In this document: positions 10,075 through 18,431 of the stretch, piece by piece
Layout of the letters: each line of letters opens with the position of its first letter
How positions within the stretch are numbered: the stretch's first letter is position 1
Source: a virus
DNA length: 64,000 bases
Virus record (IMG/VR): IMGVR_UViG_3300027857_000012
Coordinates: 1 to 64,000 of that record
Direction: 5' to 3' (one strand)
Notes under the pieces: generated by a model
Told to the model about the DNA's origin: nothing
What the model saw: only the letters and a program-made list of their open reading frames with translations
Databases searched by the model: none
Position numbers and translations under genes: made by a program

Positions 10075-10302
10075 ATGTCGAACATACTATCACCATTCGA
10101 GCAGGAGCTCCTCGACCAGCGAAAAGAGAAACTGCTGCACTGGGCGAATAGTCTTCTCGGAACGAGGATTCGAATGCGAGGACGCCCCGACGGCGCAAAG
10201 ATTATTCAATATGAGCTTGGAACACACCTTAATGGCATCTGGGTCGCATTCGAAAATGAAGCATATACTCGATACTTAAAATACAAAGGAGAACAAGAAT
10301 GA
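10075..10302 (+). CDS. hypothetical protein
   Basis: 75 aa, GGAG RBS. Confidence 0.6.
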   Translation: MSNILSPFEQELLDQRKEKLLHWANSLLGTRIRMRGRPDGAKIIQYELGTHLNGIWVAFENEAYTRYLKYKGEQE

Positions 10303-10400
10303 CTCGTGAACAATCAATTGCCCATTTCGGCCACCCATTCGAATACACTCGGGTATTGTTATACCAACATGGAACTCTATGGCGGTTGGAAAGACCTTGA
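10299..10400 (+). CDS. 33 aa peptide or gene remnant (MTREQSIAHFGHPF...), not in the ORF track
   Basis: AAGGAG RBS, ATGA overlap; resembles TRQQSVIRFGNPY..LWR of 7364-7660. Confidence 0.45.
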   Translation: MTREQSIAHFGHPFEYTRVLLYQHGTLWRLERP

Positions 10401-10501
10401 GTATAAGTAGAATCATCTTCATGAAATCGATAGCATGCAATGTGCTATCGATTGTTGTTTCTACGAATATTTCACAATGCGCCAAATTCACATCAAAATG
10501 A

Positions 10502-10530
10502 TGTACTTTTCCTTCTTTTTATGTTATAAT
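10502..10530 (+). promoter_or_regulatory. repeat promoter element 10
   Basis: TGTACT-17bp-TGtTATAAT; separate upstream hairpin AATCGATAGCA/TGCTATCGATT. Confidence 0.85.
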
Positions 10531-10567
10531 TATCTTAGATAATTCAAATAAAAAGAAGGAAAAGTTG

Positions 10568-10798
10568 ATGAATGCTCGAATCACAACAGCACTGCTCGAA
10601 AGTCCAGATCCGATGACCACACAGGTCGTTACCAGTATTTTAGAAGAGCCTCTCTTTGCAGAAGGATCACTCGAACGCACAGACTTCTGTCAACAAATTG
10701 AGTGCATGCTCGATTATGGCTATGACATCACCACAGATTTGATCATGCGTATCTACCAAGTCGTCGCGATTACGTGGCAACAGCCACAGGCATTCTAA
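10568..10798 (+). CDS. hypothetical protein
   Basis: GAAGGA RBS. Confidence 0.65.
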   Translation: MNARITTALLESPDPMTTQVVTSILEEPLFAEGSLERTDFCQQIECMLDYGYDITTDLIMRIYQVVAITWQQPQAF

Positions 10799-10809
10799 GG
10801 AGGAAAATA

Positions 10810-11085
10810 ATGCCAAAATACATTCGTCCATTTCCTGCATGCGCAAAAGTCGGAAAAGTTGCAAGAGGGAAACACCAAGGCAAATATGAACAATGGAGCA
10901 TGTGTGGAAGTAAGAATTCACTAAAACGATTCGCCGGCATTCCATTCTACATTATTAAACGAACTGCTGAAGATACGGCTGGCTACGCTTATACAACTCG
11001 GGAAGAAGCAGAAAATGATCTTGCATTTTGGCACTGCACAATTATCGAGGAATTGACACTCACGGCTGATCAAATCGTTCGATAA
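10810..11085 (+). CDS. hypothetical protein (MPKYIRP...)
   Basis: AAGGAGG RBS. Confidence 0.7.
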   Translation: MPKYIRPFPACAKVGKVARGKHQGKYEQWSMCGSKNSLKRFAGIPFYIIKRTAEDTAGYAYTTREEAENDLAFWHCTIIEELTLTADQIVR

Positions 11086-11132
11086 AAGAATCAACGAATA
11101 ATGATGAAAGTATAATATTCACATCAAAACTA

Positions 11133-11161
11133 TGTATTTTCATCATTATTCGTGATATAAT
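11133..11161 (+). promoter_or_regulatory. repeat promoter element 11
   Basis: TGTATT-17bp-TGaTATAAT; 16 bp hairpin 11094-11153. Confidence 0.8.
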
Positions 11162-11202
11162 CTATTTAGAAATACAAATTCAATACACAAAGGAAAACAC
11201 GT

Positions 11203-11616
11203 ATGCTACTTCAACAAACGACTGCATTTCAAAAAGTTCAAGAAATTTACATTCGTCAAGAGTCGCAACAGCCTGGTGGAAATACACTCGGAGAAAACAT
11301 TCTTCCATTCATGTATGATGGTAAGAAATATACACTCTGGAGCATTAATCTTACCACCGAGACAAATGACAATCCGCTCGCTATCGACCCCGACGAATTT
11401 GATTTCGATCCTCTCTTTAATTGTGAAGACGAAGATGAGGATTTCAACCCAGACGTGCAAGAATCAGATCTTCATCTTGTCATCTGCCCAGCAAATGCAG
11501 AGAGGGATGGAGATGCGCATAAGCGGTTCATCCTGCCAATTGACGATCCTCTACTCGATCAACTGCTCGACACTGCCAGAGTACAATGGCCGAATCTCGA
11601 CGACCTCACACAATAA
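11203..11616 (+). CDS. acidic hypothetical protein
   Basis: 137 aa, AAAGGA RBS, Asp/Glu-rich middle. Confidence 0.75.
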   Translation: MLLQQTTAFQKVQEIYIRQESQQPGGNTLGENILPFMYDGKKYTLWSINLTTETNDNPLAIDPDEFDFDPLFNCEDEDEDFNPDVQESDLHLVICPANAERDGDAHKRFILPIDDPLLDQLLDTARVQWPNLDDLTQ

Positions 11617-11661
11617 GAAATCGAGTTGCAGGATCTCGCCAAAACCTGCAAAGGAATAGAA

Positions 11662-12039
11662 ATGCTCACACATGAACTTTTGAAACAACTCGAAACAAAA
11701 CATGATGATACGTATGATCACCATACTGTGATTCCTGTCATCTACAAAAATGCGCTCTACTACATTTTCGACGCTGACCCTGTCTCGTTTGCCATCACAT
11801 CTGCTGCTGCGACTCTCTATGGTGATGATGAAGAACAACTCTACGAGGATGATGATATTCTCTCATATGAACTTGCCGATGTCTCGACAGATATCTCGCA
11901 TAAAGACGCAGAACGAATTGTCAACCAAGCGTTGTTGAGTACACCTCGCCCATGTAGAACGTTCAAACTGTTTCAGGAGCATGAGCTCAACTATTATATC
12001 GTGTCGATTATCGAGGTTGATGTCCCTGATGTTCGATGA
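11662..12039 (+). CDS. acidic hypothetical protein (MLTHELL...)
   Basis: AAAGGA RBS. Confidence 0.7.
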   Translation: MLTHELLKQLETKHDDTYDHHTVIPVIYKNALYYIFDADPVSFAITSAAATLYGDDEEQLYEDDDILSYELADVSTDISHKDAERIVNQALLSTPRPCRTFKLFQEHELNYYIVSIIEVDVPDVR

Positions 12040-12202
12040 TTCGTCCACTCCTTCAAGGCTTGATGAAGATGTTCTCAAGCCTATTTTTATGCCCTCTGAA
12101 CACATATTCGAGGACCAAATGAACATGGATGATAGAATATATGTCCATGGCCAGATGATGTCGTTCCAGTTTCAATGCATTTCTTCTTTTGTTCGAAAAT
12201 AA

Positions 12203-12231
12203 TATACTTTTATCAACAATTATGATATAAT
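12203..12231 (+). promoter_or_regulatory. repeat promoter element 12 (degenerate)
   Basis: TATACT-17bp-TGaTATAAT. Confidence 0.7.
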
Positions 12232-12283
12232 TATGTTACGAAATGCAAAATAAATTTCATGTAAATTCAGAAAGGATTATCAA

Positions 12284-12463
12284 ATGCTTCCGCATCTTGG
12301 CCAATTTCTCAATTCGACATTTGGATTTCTCCTTTTAGGAGTGATCATCGTACTTGGATGTTTGTCGTTCATCTTTAGCGTTCGTTCACGTGTTGGCGTC
12401 GGGATCGTCCTGATCCTCGTTCTCGTTGGCATCGGCGGATCGATGTGGCTCTTCGGCCGATAG
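12284..12463 (+). CDS. 59 aa two-TM membrane protein, not in the ORF track
   Basis: GAAAGGA RBS; MLPHLGQFLNSTFGFLLLGVIIVLGCLSFIFSVRSRVGVGIVLILVLVGIGGSMWLFGR. Confidence 0.7.
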   Translation: MLPHLGQFLNSTFGFLLLGVIIVLGCLSFIFSVRSRVGVGIVLILVLVGIGGSMWLFGR

Positions 12464-12471
12464 GAGACGAC

Positions 12472-12642
12472 ATGCTGCTTCTGACACCACTGCTCATCTC
12501 ACAAATGCTTATGGGTCTTGGCGCGATCATTTTTGGTGCACTTGTTGCCGCCATGATGTATGCCTTGTCGAAATCGGCGCATCTCGCGCTCGTGACAGGG
12601 ATTGTTCTTGGAGCACTCGTGCTCTTCATCGTCATCTCATAG
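12472..12642 (+). CDS. 56 aa two-TM membrane protein
   Basis: AGGAG RBS overlapping upstream stop; two hydrophobic helices. Confidence 0.7.
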   Translation: MLLLTPLLISQMLMGLGAIIFGALVAAMMYALSKSAHLALVTGIVLGALVLFIVIS

Positions 12643-12686
12643 ATTCAATGAATATCACGTTCTCACATATATTCGTGCTAAAACAA

Positions 12687-12715
12687 TGTACATTTGTGTG
12701 AGAACGTGATATAAT
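12687..12715 (+). promoter_or_regulatory. repeat promoter element 13
   Basis: TGTACA-17bp-TGaTATAAT; 16 bp hairpin 12652-12712. Confidence 0.85.
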
Positions 12716-12756
12716 ACAACTAGATCGAATAAATACAACATGAAAGAAGAAGATAA

Positions 12757-13011
12757 ATGACCACTCAACAAATCGCCGATTACAATGCATATCTCGCAAC
12801 ACTCACTCCGGGTGAATTGCAAGGACTAATCGATGAACTCACAGAATACGCAAAAGGAAATGCCGAAATGTCCGAATCTGCACGCAACAACGAATCGCAC
12901 GCATGGTATTATGCATCTGCTACCGACTACGACCATGAAGAGCAACTCGCACTTGAACGTGCAGCACTTGCTCGTGCAGAACTGATTCGACCGAAAACAG
13001 CGAACGCATAA
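12757..13011 (+). CDS. hypothetical helical protein
   Basis: 84 aa ORF directly after element 13. Confidence 0.7.
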   Translation: MTTQQIADYNAYLATLTPGELQGLIDELTEYAKGNAEMSESARNNESHAWYYASATDYDHEEQLALERAALARAELIRPKTANA

Positions 13012-13159
13012 AACCAGATCATGCTGTTGAGTCCATGTCAGTTCATGTCAGTTCACTTTATATCCGGGTCAGCATGTTCCGTACAATGTGAGCAATCACC
13101 GCATCAAGAGGGCATTTCTGCCCCGGAAGATTCAGAAAAATAGCAGAAAGGACATACCA

Positions 13160-13483
13160 ATGAAAATTCAACATCTCTCAAACGAACATCTTCTCGTTCG
13201 ATTCCTTGCTCGATATGTAAAACTCTTTGAATCAACAGACACTGGAACAATCGTCACATTTAACGTTCTCTTCGATCAACAAGAGTTGTTTTTCATCGAA
13301 ACGAAGATACGTGCATGTGCAGAAATACTTTTGGCACCACTCGCAACAGCGCAGACAATGACGCAAGAAAACATTATAACGATTTCTGAAACACATCCTG
13401 CATACGGCAATGTTCTTGCACAACTCTGCTCTGCGAAACCTCTCTTTATTCCTCGAATGATCGTACAAACGGCAACCCCGTAA
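13160..13483 (+). CDS. hypothetical protein (MKIQHLS...)
   Basis: GAAAGGA RBS. Confidence 0.65.
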   Translation: MKIQHLSNEHLLVRFLARYVKLFESTDTGTIVTFNVLFDQQELFFIETKIRACAEILLAPLATAQTMTQENIITISETHPAYGNVLAQLCSAKPLFIPRMIVQTATP

Positions 13484-13842
13484 CCAGATCTCTGGACTCC
13501 GTGAAGGACGATGCCGAGTGTGTCGTCCTTTCTTTTCGTGATTGCCAAGAAGTGTGTACGCAGCCCAGGACCGAGCACACATCACAAAACAGTTCCTTCA
13601 CTCGATGCGTCACTTCGCCGCCTGCCAGGGCCGAGGATGCACATGTAAAAGAGGCATAGACACATTGGGGTGAGCATGCATACGTTGAACACAGCACACA
13701 TGTGCGAGACTCAAGCATATGCAAAATGCACTTTCATGCTCATGCATATATGCATTTTAAACACATTTTGGACATCAAAAATGCTTTGACATATATTTCA
13801 ATGTCAAAGCAGAAGATAGACGAGAACGCATTTGAGGATGTG

Positions 13843-14058
13843 CTACGACACTTGCTGTACTCGTGCTTGGAGTGTCGCGAGAAGGACCTGAAACACATCT
13901 TCGTGGAGTTGGTAAAATTTGCTTGTGTCGAAACAGTACTCACCACCGCCGCCCTCGTAGCATCCACATCCACAATGATACTCGCCAAATTCATCAATCC
14001 AGTCGTCATAATCTCTCGACTCATAGTCTGTGTAATCGAGTGTGTATATGTTTAACAT
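13843..14058 (-). CDS. small acidic Cys-containing protein (CGCGC...C)
   Basis: GAAAGGAATCACACCG-ATG leader. Confidence 0.65.
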   Translation of the reverse strand: MLNIYTLDYTDYESRDYDDWIDEFGEYHCGCGCYEGGGGEYCFDTSKFYQLHEDVFQVLLATLQARVQQVS

Positions 14059-14074
14059 CGGTGTGATTCCTTTC

Positions 14075-14380
14075 TTACTTGTCATATCGACCCATATAAG
14101 CACTCAGTGTCATGTGGTTGAGTGCTGCCTCAACGACCTCAGATGTGTAATTTTTTCGACCGTGGTATTTCGTCCCGACCCAATATGGAACGGCTGCGTC
14201 CTGGTTTTCATCCAGGTATGCAAAGGCGATAGTGTTATATTCATCATACGTGATGACCTGGGTGAGATAGGCACGATATGCTTCGAACACGTGCTTACTA
14301 TTCGATTTAATTCGAATGCGTTTTCCGTTCACGTCGAGTGTGAAGAACGTTGGTTGTGTGACTGTGGTGAGTTTCTTCAT
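14075..14380 (-). CDS. hypothetical protein
   Basis: GAAGGAGAAACCACA-ATG leader. Confidence 0.75.
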   Translation of the reverse strand: MKKLTTVTQPTFFTLDVNGKRIRIKSNSKHVFEAYRAYLTQVITYDEYNTIAFAYLDENQDAAVPYWVGTKYHGRKNYTSEVVEAALNHMTLSAYMGRYDK

Positions 14381-14422
14381 TGTGGTTTCTCCTTCATATA
14401 TTTTTATTTAACTCTTATTTAT

Positions 14423-14451
14423 ATTATATATTGTTTTGTGTGAAATGTACA
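14423..14451 (-). promoter_or_regulatory. repeat promoter element 14
   Basis: TGTACA-17bp-TATAAT on minus strand. Confidence 0.85.
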
Positions 14452-14554
14452 TAGTTTCAACACGAATATTTATGATTTCGAAATATTCGTTGAAATTCGT
14501 GCACACATCCTCAACACACACATCGAGGAGGATTGCTCCTCCTCGATCGTTTTA

Positions 14555-15148
14555 TTATTCGATTTCTGATGTTTCTGATGTGATTTCGGGTGCTTGCTCC
14601 TCCACATCCTCGGAGGACACTTGCGTGTCCTCTTCCACTGTTCCAAAATTCACAATTTCAGGATTTTTTCCACGAGACTTCACGATGGTGAGTGCCGTGA
14701 ATATATCACGATTGTTCTCGAAACACCTCAGAGCGGCAGTTTCGGTCAAGTGATTAACGGAAAACCGAAGTGTTGTTTCGGAAAAATGCATTCCGTGTGC
14801 ATCGTGGATCAATTGCAAATTTTGCCTCAGTGCACCCTTAGCATGTCGCAGATGCTCATTTTTCGCGAAGAAAAAGCAGAGGTATTCTTTCGCGCCGACC
14901 TTCTCTTTTAACGGAGGAAGTGTCTGGTATGCAGGCTTGCCCTCAAATGGAATGTTCCCAGACATCATTGCGACGAGACGACCAAGTTTTGCATAGAATT
15001 GATCAAGTGTCTCTGGTGTGTATCCAGAAAATGTCATCCAGTGATCACTGATCATGATTTCGAGCCATCGTTTTGTTTGTGCTGTCACGACATGTTTTGG
15101 TGCTTGCTCTTCGGTAGTGACTTCTGATGTGTTTTCGATGTTTTCCAT
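14555..15148 (-). CDS. hypothetical protein with acidic termini; paralog of 4285-4995
   Basis: AATCACACA-ATG leader; shared core motifs; terminator-like hairpin GAGGAGG/CCTCCTC after the stop. Confidence 0.8.
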   Translation of the reverse strand: MENIENTSEVTTEEQAPKHVVTAQTKRWLEIMISDHWMTFSGYTPETLDQFYAKLGRLVAMMSGNIPFEGKPAYQTLPPLKEKVGAKEYLCFFFAKNEHLRHAKGALRQNLQLIHDAHGMHFSETTLRFSVNHLTETAALRCFENNRDIFTALTIVKSRGKNPEIVNFGTVEEDTQVSSEDVEEQAPEITSETSEIE

Positions 15149-15220
15149 TGTGTGATTCTTCTTTCTTTGTTTGATTTTCGTTTTTTGTTTTTGAAGTTTT
15201 GTTATTCAACTTCTAAGTAT

Positions 15221-15249
15221 ATTATAACATGTTTTATGTGGAAAGTACA
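15221..15249 (-). promoter_or_regulatory. repeat promoter element 15
   Basis: TGTACT-17bp-TGtTATAAT on minus strand. Confidence 0.85.
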
Positions 15250-15397
15250 TACTTTTTACACGAATTTCGATGAATTTGGAAATATGTGGAAAACTCGTCT
15301 TTCACACATAAAAATCATTTTTCACCACAATAAAACTTTTTCTTCACATAAAAGAAGCATCCACACGAATATGGATGCTTGTGTAGTGAAATGTGAA

Positions 15398-15565
15398 CTA
15401 GCATACAAAGTAATATGCTAATAGAAGTGATTTCCGTGTGTGCGAGAGGGTCCAGGGGTGAATGCGTCTTCCAGTTTTCAAGAAGTACAATTGTGCTAAT
15501 TGTGGTTTCGTGTACTCCAGAAGCATTTTTCGAATTTCGGAACGTGTAAACAGTTGAAAGTTCAT
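15398..15565 (-). CDS. small basic protein (MNFQLFTRSEIRKML...)
   Basis: AAGGAGAATCACACA-ATG leader. Confidence 0.65.
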   Translation of the reverse strand: MNFQLFTRSEIRKMLLEYTKPQLAQLYFLKTGRRIHPWTLSHTRKSLLLAYYFVC

Positions 15566-15612
15566 TGTGTGATTCTCCTTCGTGGAAATTTGTATTTTCA
15601 ATTTCTAAGTAT

Positions 15613-15641
15613 ATTATATATTGTTTCTCATCGAAAGTACA
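15613..15641 (-). promoter_or_regulatory. repeat promoter element 16
   Basis: TGTACT-17bp-TATAAT on minus strand. Confidence 0.85.
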
Positions 15642-15659
15642 TACTTTTTATGTGAATTT

Positions 15660-16370
15660 TAATGAATTTGAAATATTCACAGAAACTCGTCGTTCACATG
15701 TAAAAGTGATTTTTTAACATGATGAAACATTTTCTTATATGTGTGATGAACATCGTTTCCATAGTGAAAAATAAAACATATAATTTCGTGAAGAAAACAT
15801 TCTTCACCACACATATAAATAATTTTTATACACGTGTCCATTGTCACACATACATATGAAATTATTTCTTTCACATGATAAACACGTTTTTCAATGTGTT
15901 AATGAGAATGTTTTACACATATAAAATCTTCATTTCGTATATATGAAGAAAACATTCCATACATATGAATAAATCATTTTACAACATGAAATTGATGAAA
16001 CACACATATTTCACACACACATGAGAAGGCATTTCTGGCACGTGTGTGCTTTTGTGAAAAATCGATGTGAGCGTTTTCATGTCATTCTCGTGTACGAATG
16101 GTGTGCTCGATGTGAAAATGTGACCTGTGTCGCTGGAGGAAAAGATGTATAATCTATCATCTCACACATTCCACATTCGATCGTGTGTGTCGTATGTGAA
16201 GAGAATATATGTGTGTACACGTGTGTGATGAACATAAAAATCGATGTGACATCTCACATGAAATAAAATTTCATTTTCATATGTGTAAAAGATTCGTTTA
16301 TCATGTGTGTAAGTACATCATTCACACACGTATATAAAGGTATAAAAACGAATTTCTTCACATACGAAAT
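15660..16370. repeat. AT-rich non-coding region with degenerate repeats between divergent promoters
   Basis: TGTGTGATGAACAT x2, TGAAGAAAACATTC x2, AAAAATCGATGTGA x2, many CACAT/ATGTG words; no credible ORF. Confidence 0.7.
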
Positions 16371-16386
16371 ATTCGTGAAAAAACTA

Positions 16387-16415
16387 TGTACATTCCACAC
16401 GTTTCATGTTATAAT
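16387..16415 (+). promoter_or_regulatory. repeat promoter element 17
   Basis: TGTACA-17bp-TGtTATAAT. Confidence 0.85.
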
Positions 16416-16466
16416 AGATATAGAAGTTCAATACAAATGATTCACATGAAAAGGAGAATATCACAC

Positions 16467-16682
16467 ATGCAAAATCGAGATTCAAAACGTTCAAAAATCC
16501 CACAAGCATACAAAGACATATGTAACGAAATTAATCGCATTGAGCACATTCTCGATCACTCTTGTGGTGAGTTTCGTTTGTATGCTATTAACAAGCAATT
16601 GAAAGCATCTATCCCCAGTGCATACAAACTCATATTACGAGGTTCATACCATCATGGTCATTACAAACTCGAGTATGCATAA
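16467..16682 (+). CDS. small basic hypothetical protein
   Basis: AAAGGAGAATATCACAC-ATG leader. Confidence 0.7.
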   Translation: MQNRDSKRSKIPQAYKDICNEINRIEHILDHSCGEFRLYAINKQLKASIPSAYKLILRGSYHHGHYKLEYA

Positions 16683-16690
16683 GCATACAT

Positions 16691-16732
16691 CATAAAAATG
16701 CATTAGTATTTTCGTACTAATGCATTTTTATG
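16691..16732 (+). terminator. 18 bp perfect hairpin, likely terminator
   Basis: CATAAAAATGCATTAGTA-ttttcg-TACTAATGCATTTTTATG. Confidence 0.7.
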
Positions 16733-16786
16733 TAAAAACGAATTTTACGAATATTTGAGAATTAATGAAAATTCACATAAAAAGTA

Positions 16787-16815
16787 TGTACTTTCTCATC
16801 GAAACAGTATATAAT
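16787..16815 (+). promoter_or_regulatory. repeat promoter element 18
   Basis: TGTACT-17bp-TATAAT. Confidence 0.85.
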
Positions 16816-16872
16816 ATATTTAGAAATTAAAAATTAATTTCACAAAACAAAAACGAAAGTGAGAATCACACA

Positions 16873-17064
16873 ATGTCACAAACAACCATCGTTGAAACAC
16901 TCATTCAATTGAAAACAACCATTCATTATCGTAACACACACAAGAATGATATGGATGTTACACCATTCGAACAGTGCATTTTTCAAATCGTGATGGTCTT
17001 GAATGCCTGGGGAGTGTACGTGTACATCACATGTGGTGCATCCTGGAATGTGGTCGAAGCATAA
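16873..17064 (+). CDS. hypothetical protein
   Basis: GAGAATCACACA-ATG leader; hairpin GTGGAGAGG/CCTCTCCAC after the stop. Confidence 0.65.
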   Translation: MSQTTIVETLIQLKTTIHYRNTHKNDMDVTPFEQCIFQIVMVLNAWGVYVYITCGASWNVVEA

Positions 17065-17202
17065 ACGAAAATAGTGGAGAGGTTTCCCTCTCCACACACG
17101 AGAGGGCATTTGAGATGTTTCTCATTCAGCGCATAAGCAAGCATCATGCACATACGAATTTTACGAATATTTCAGAATACATGAAAATTCGTGAAGAAAC
17201 TA

Positions 17203-17231
17203 TGTACATTTGATGAAAAACATGTTATAAT
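17203..17231 (+). promoter_or_regulatory. repeat promoter element 19
   Basis: TGTACA-17bp-TGtTATAAT. Confidence 0.85.
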
Positions 17232-17283
17232 ATATTTAGAAGTTCAATAAGAAACTTCAAAAAACAAAATCACACAAGGAGAA

Positions 17284-17466
17284 ATGACAATGATTTTCAC
17301 GTACACACCCTCAGCACTGAAGAAAATGAACAAAACAGAACTATGCACCATTCTTCGAAGTCGTCTTTTCGCATCAGGGTACACACCAAAAGTACGATTG
17401 TTCAAACTCTCTGACATCACACCTGCCAACTTCACGAAAACGGAATTGCTCGATTTTCTTTCATAG
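17284..17466 (+). CDS. small basic protein, possible helix-extension-helix (Rho-N/SAP-like) nucleic-acid binder
   Basis: LKKMNKTEL..IL....FTKTELLDFL pattern; AAGGAG RBS. Confidence 0.55.
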   Translation: MTMIFTYTPSALKKMNKTELCTILRSRLFASGYTPKVRLFKLSDITPANFTKTELLDFLS

Positions 17467-17571
17467 CACCAGCACATTCTGGAATGTGGAGAATGCCATC
17501 CACATTCCAATACACGAATACACAAGTTTCAACGAATATTTTCAAATTCGTGCAAATTCACACAAAAACTA

Positions 17572-17600
17572 TGTACATTTCACACGAAACAGTGTATAAT
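17572..17600 (+). promoter_or_regulatory. repeat promoter element 20
   Basis: TGTACA-17bp-TATAAT; upstream hairpin TGGAATGTGGA/TCCACATTCCA. Confidence 0.85.
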
Positions 17601-17645
17601 AGTCTTAGAAGTTAAATATCAAATGCAAATCGAAAGGAATCACAC

Positions 17646-17990
17646 ATGAACCACAAACACGTTTTCCGCATCACCACAACCGAACTCGTACATGAATTGA
17701 ATGCACTCTTGAAAGAAGTGAAGCAAGCATCTCAACAGCGTCCAGACATCACTCTGACACACGAGGATTTGTCATTCAAACTCTATGGTCTCACATATAC
17801 CCCACGCCATTTCACACAGAGTGCACTTGACGATGATCTTGTCTGCTTTGAAGTGCAACAATCGCGGACACGCACCATTCACACATTCGACATTCTCGAG
17901 CAACATGAAGACGGTGAAACGACATCCTTCGCTCGTTCATACCTGCTCACACTGAGAATGTTCTGTCAAGAGCATGCAACAAATCAATAA
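17646..17990 (+). CDS. hypothetical protein
   Basis: GAAAGGAATCACAC-ATG leader. Confidence 0.75.
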   Translation: MNHKHVFRITTTELVHELNALLKEVKQASQQRPDITLTHEDLSFKLYGLTYTPRHFTQSALDDDLVCFEVQQSRTRTIHTFDILEQHEDGETTSFARSYLLTLRMFCQEHATNQ

Positions 17991-18098
17991 GCAAGCACAT
18001 CATTCATTCATCGAAACGAAGCATTCGTGCTTCGTTTCTTCGTGTGTATACGAGTTTTTCATATATGTGCAAATTCACATAAATTCACATCAAAACTA

Positions 18099-18127
18099 TG
18101 TACATTTGCATAAAAACGTGATATAAT
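18099..18127 (+). promoter_or_regulatory. repeat promoter element 21
   Basis: TGTACA-17bp-TGaTATAAT; upstream hairpin GAAACGAAGCA/TGCTTCGTTTC. Confidence 0.85.
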
Positions 18128-18170
18128 ATATTTAAGAAAATAAAAATTCAAACATAAAGGAAAATCCAAA

Positions 18171-18431
18171 ATGCAAGCATACATCGATCACCAAAAAATC
18201 TACACCAAAAAGCCAAGCAACAAATTATTTTCCCATCTCATCGTCCGGGGCACACTCAATGACCTTCACGCATTTGCAGCAAAAATTCATGTAGGCAAGC
18301 ATTTCTTTCATGCAACACCCTACCCACACTATGACATTAGCAGCACACATTTCCAAAATGCACTCAATGCATCTGCAACACTTATCACCACGCGCCAACT
18401 CATTCTTATTGCAAAAGCCAATGTGCAATAA
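18171..18431 (+). CDS. DUF4031-like protein
   Basis: YID...SHL...L.DLHAFAAKI...F...PHYDI...AL..A..IT.RQL pattern characteristic of DUF4031. Confidence 0.7.
   Translation: MQAYIDHQKIYTKKPSNKLFSHLIVRGTLNDLHAFAAKIHVGKHFFHATPYPHYDISSTHFQNALNASATLITTRQLILIAKANVQ

Noticed and set aside
13490-13840. ORFs 13446-13724 and 13702-14055
   Set aside because: They lie in the convergent junction or antisense to better-supported genes and lack the phage RBS leader.
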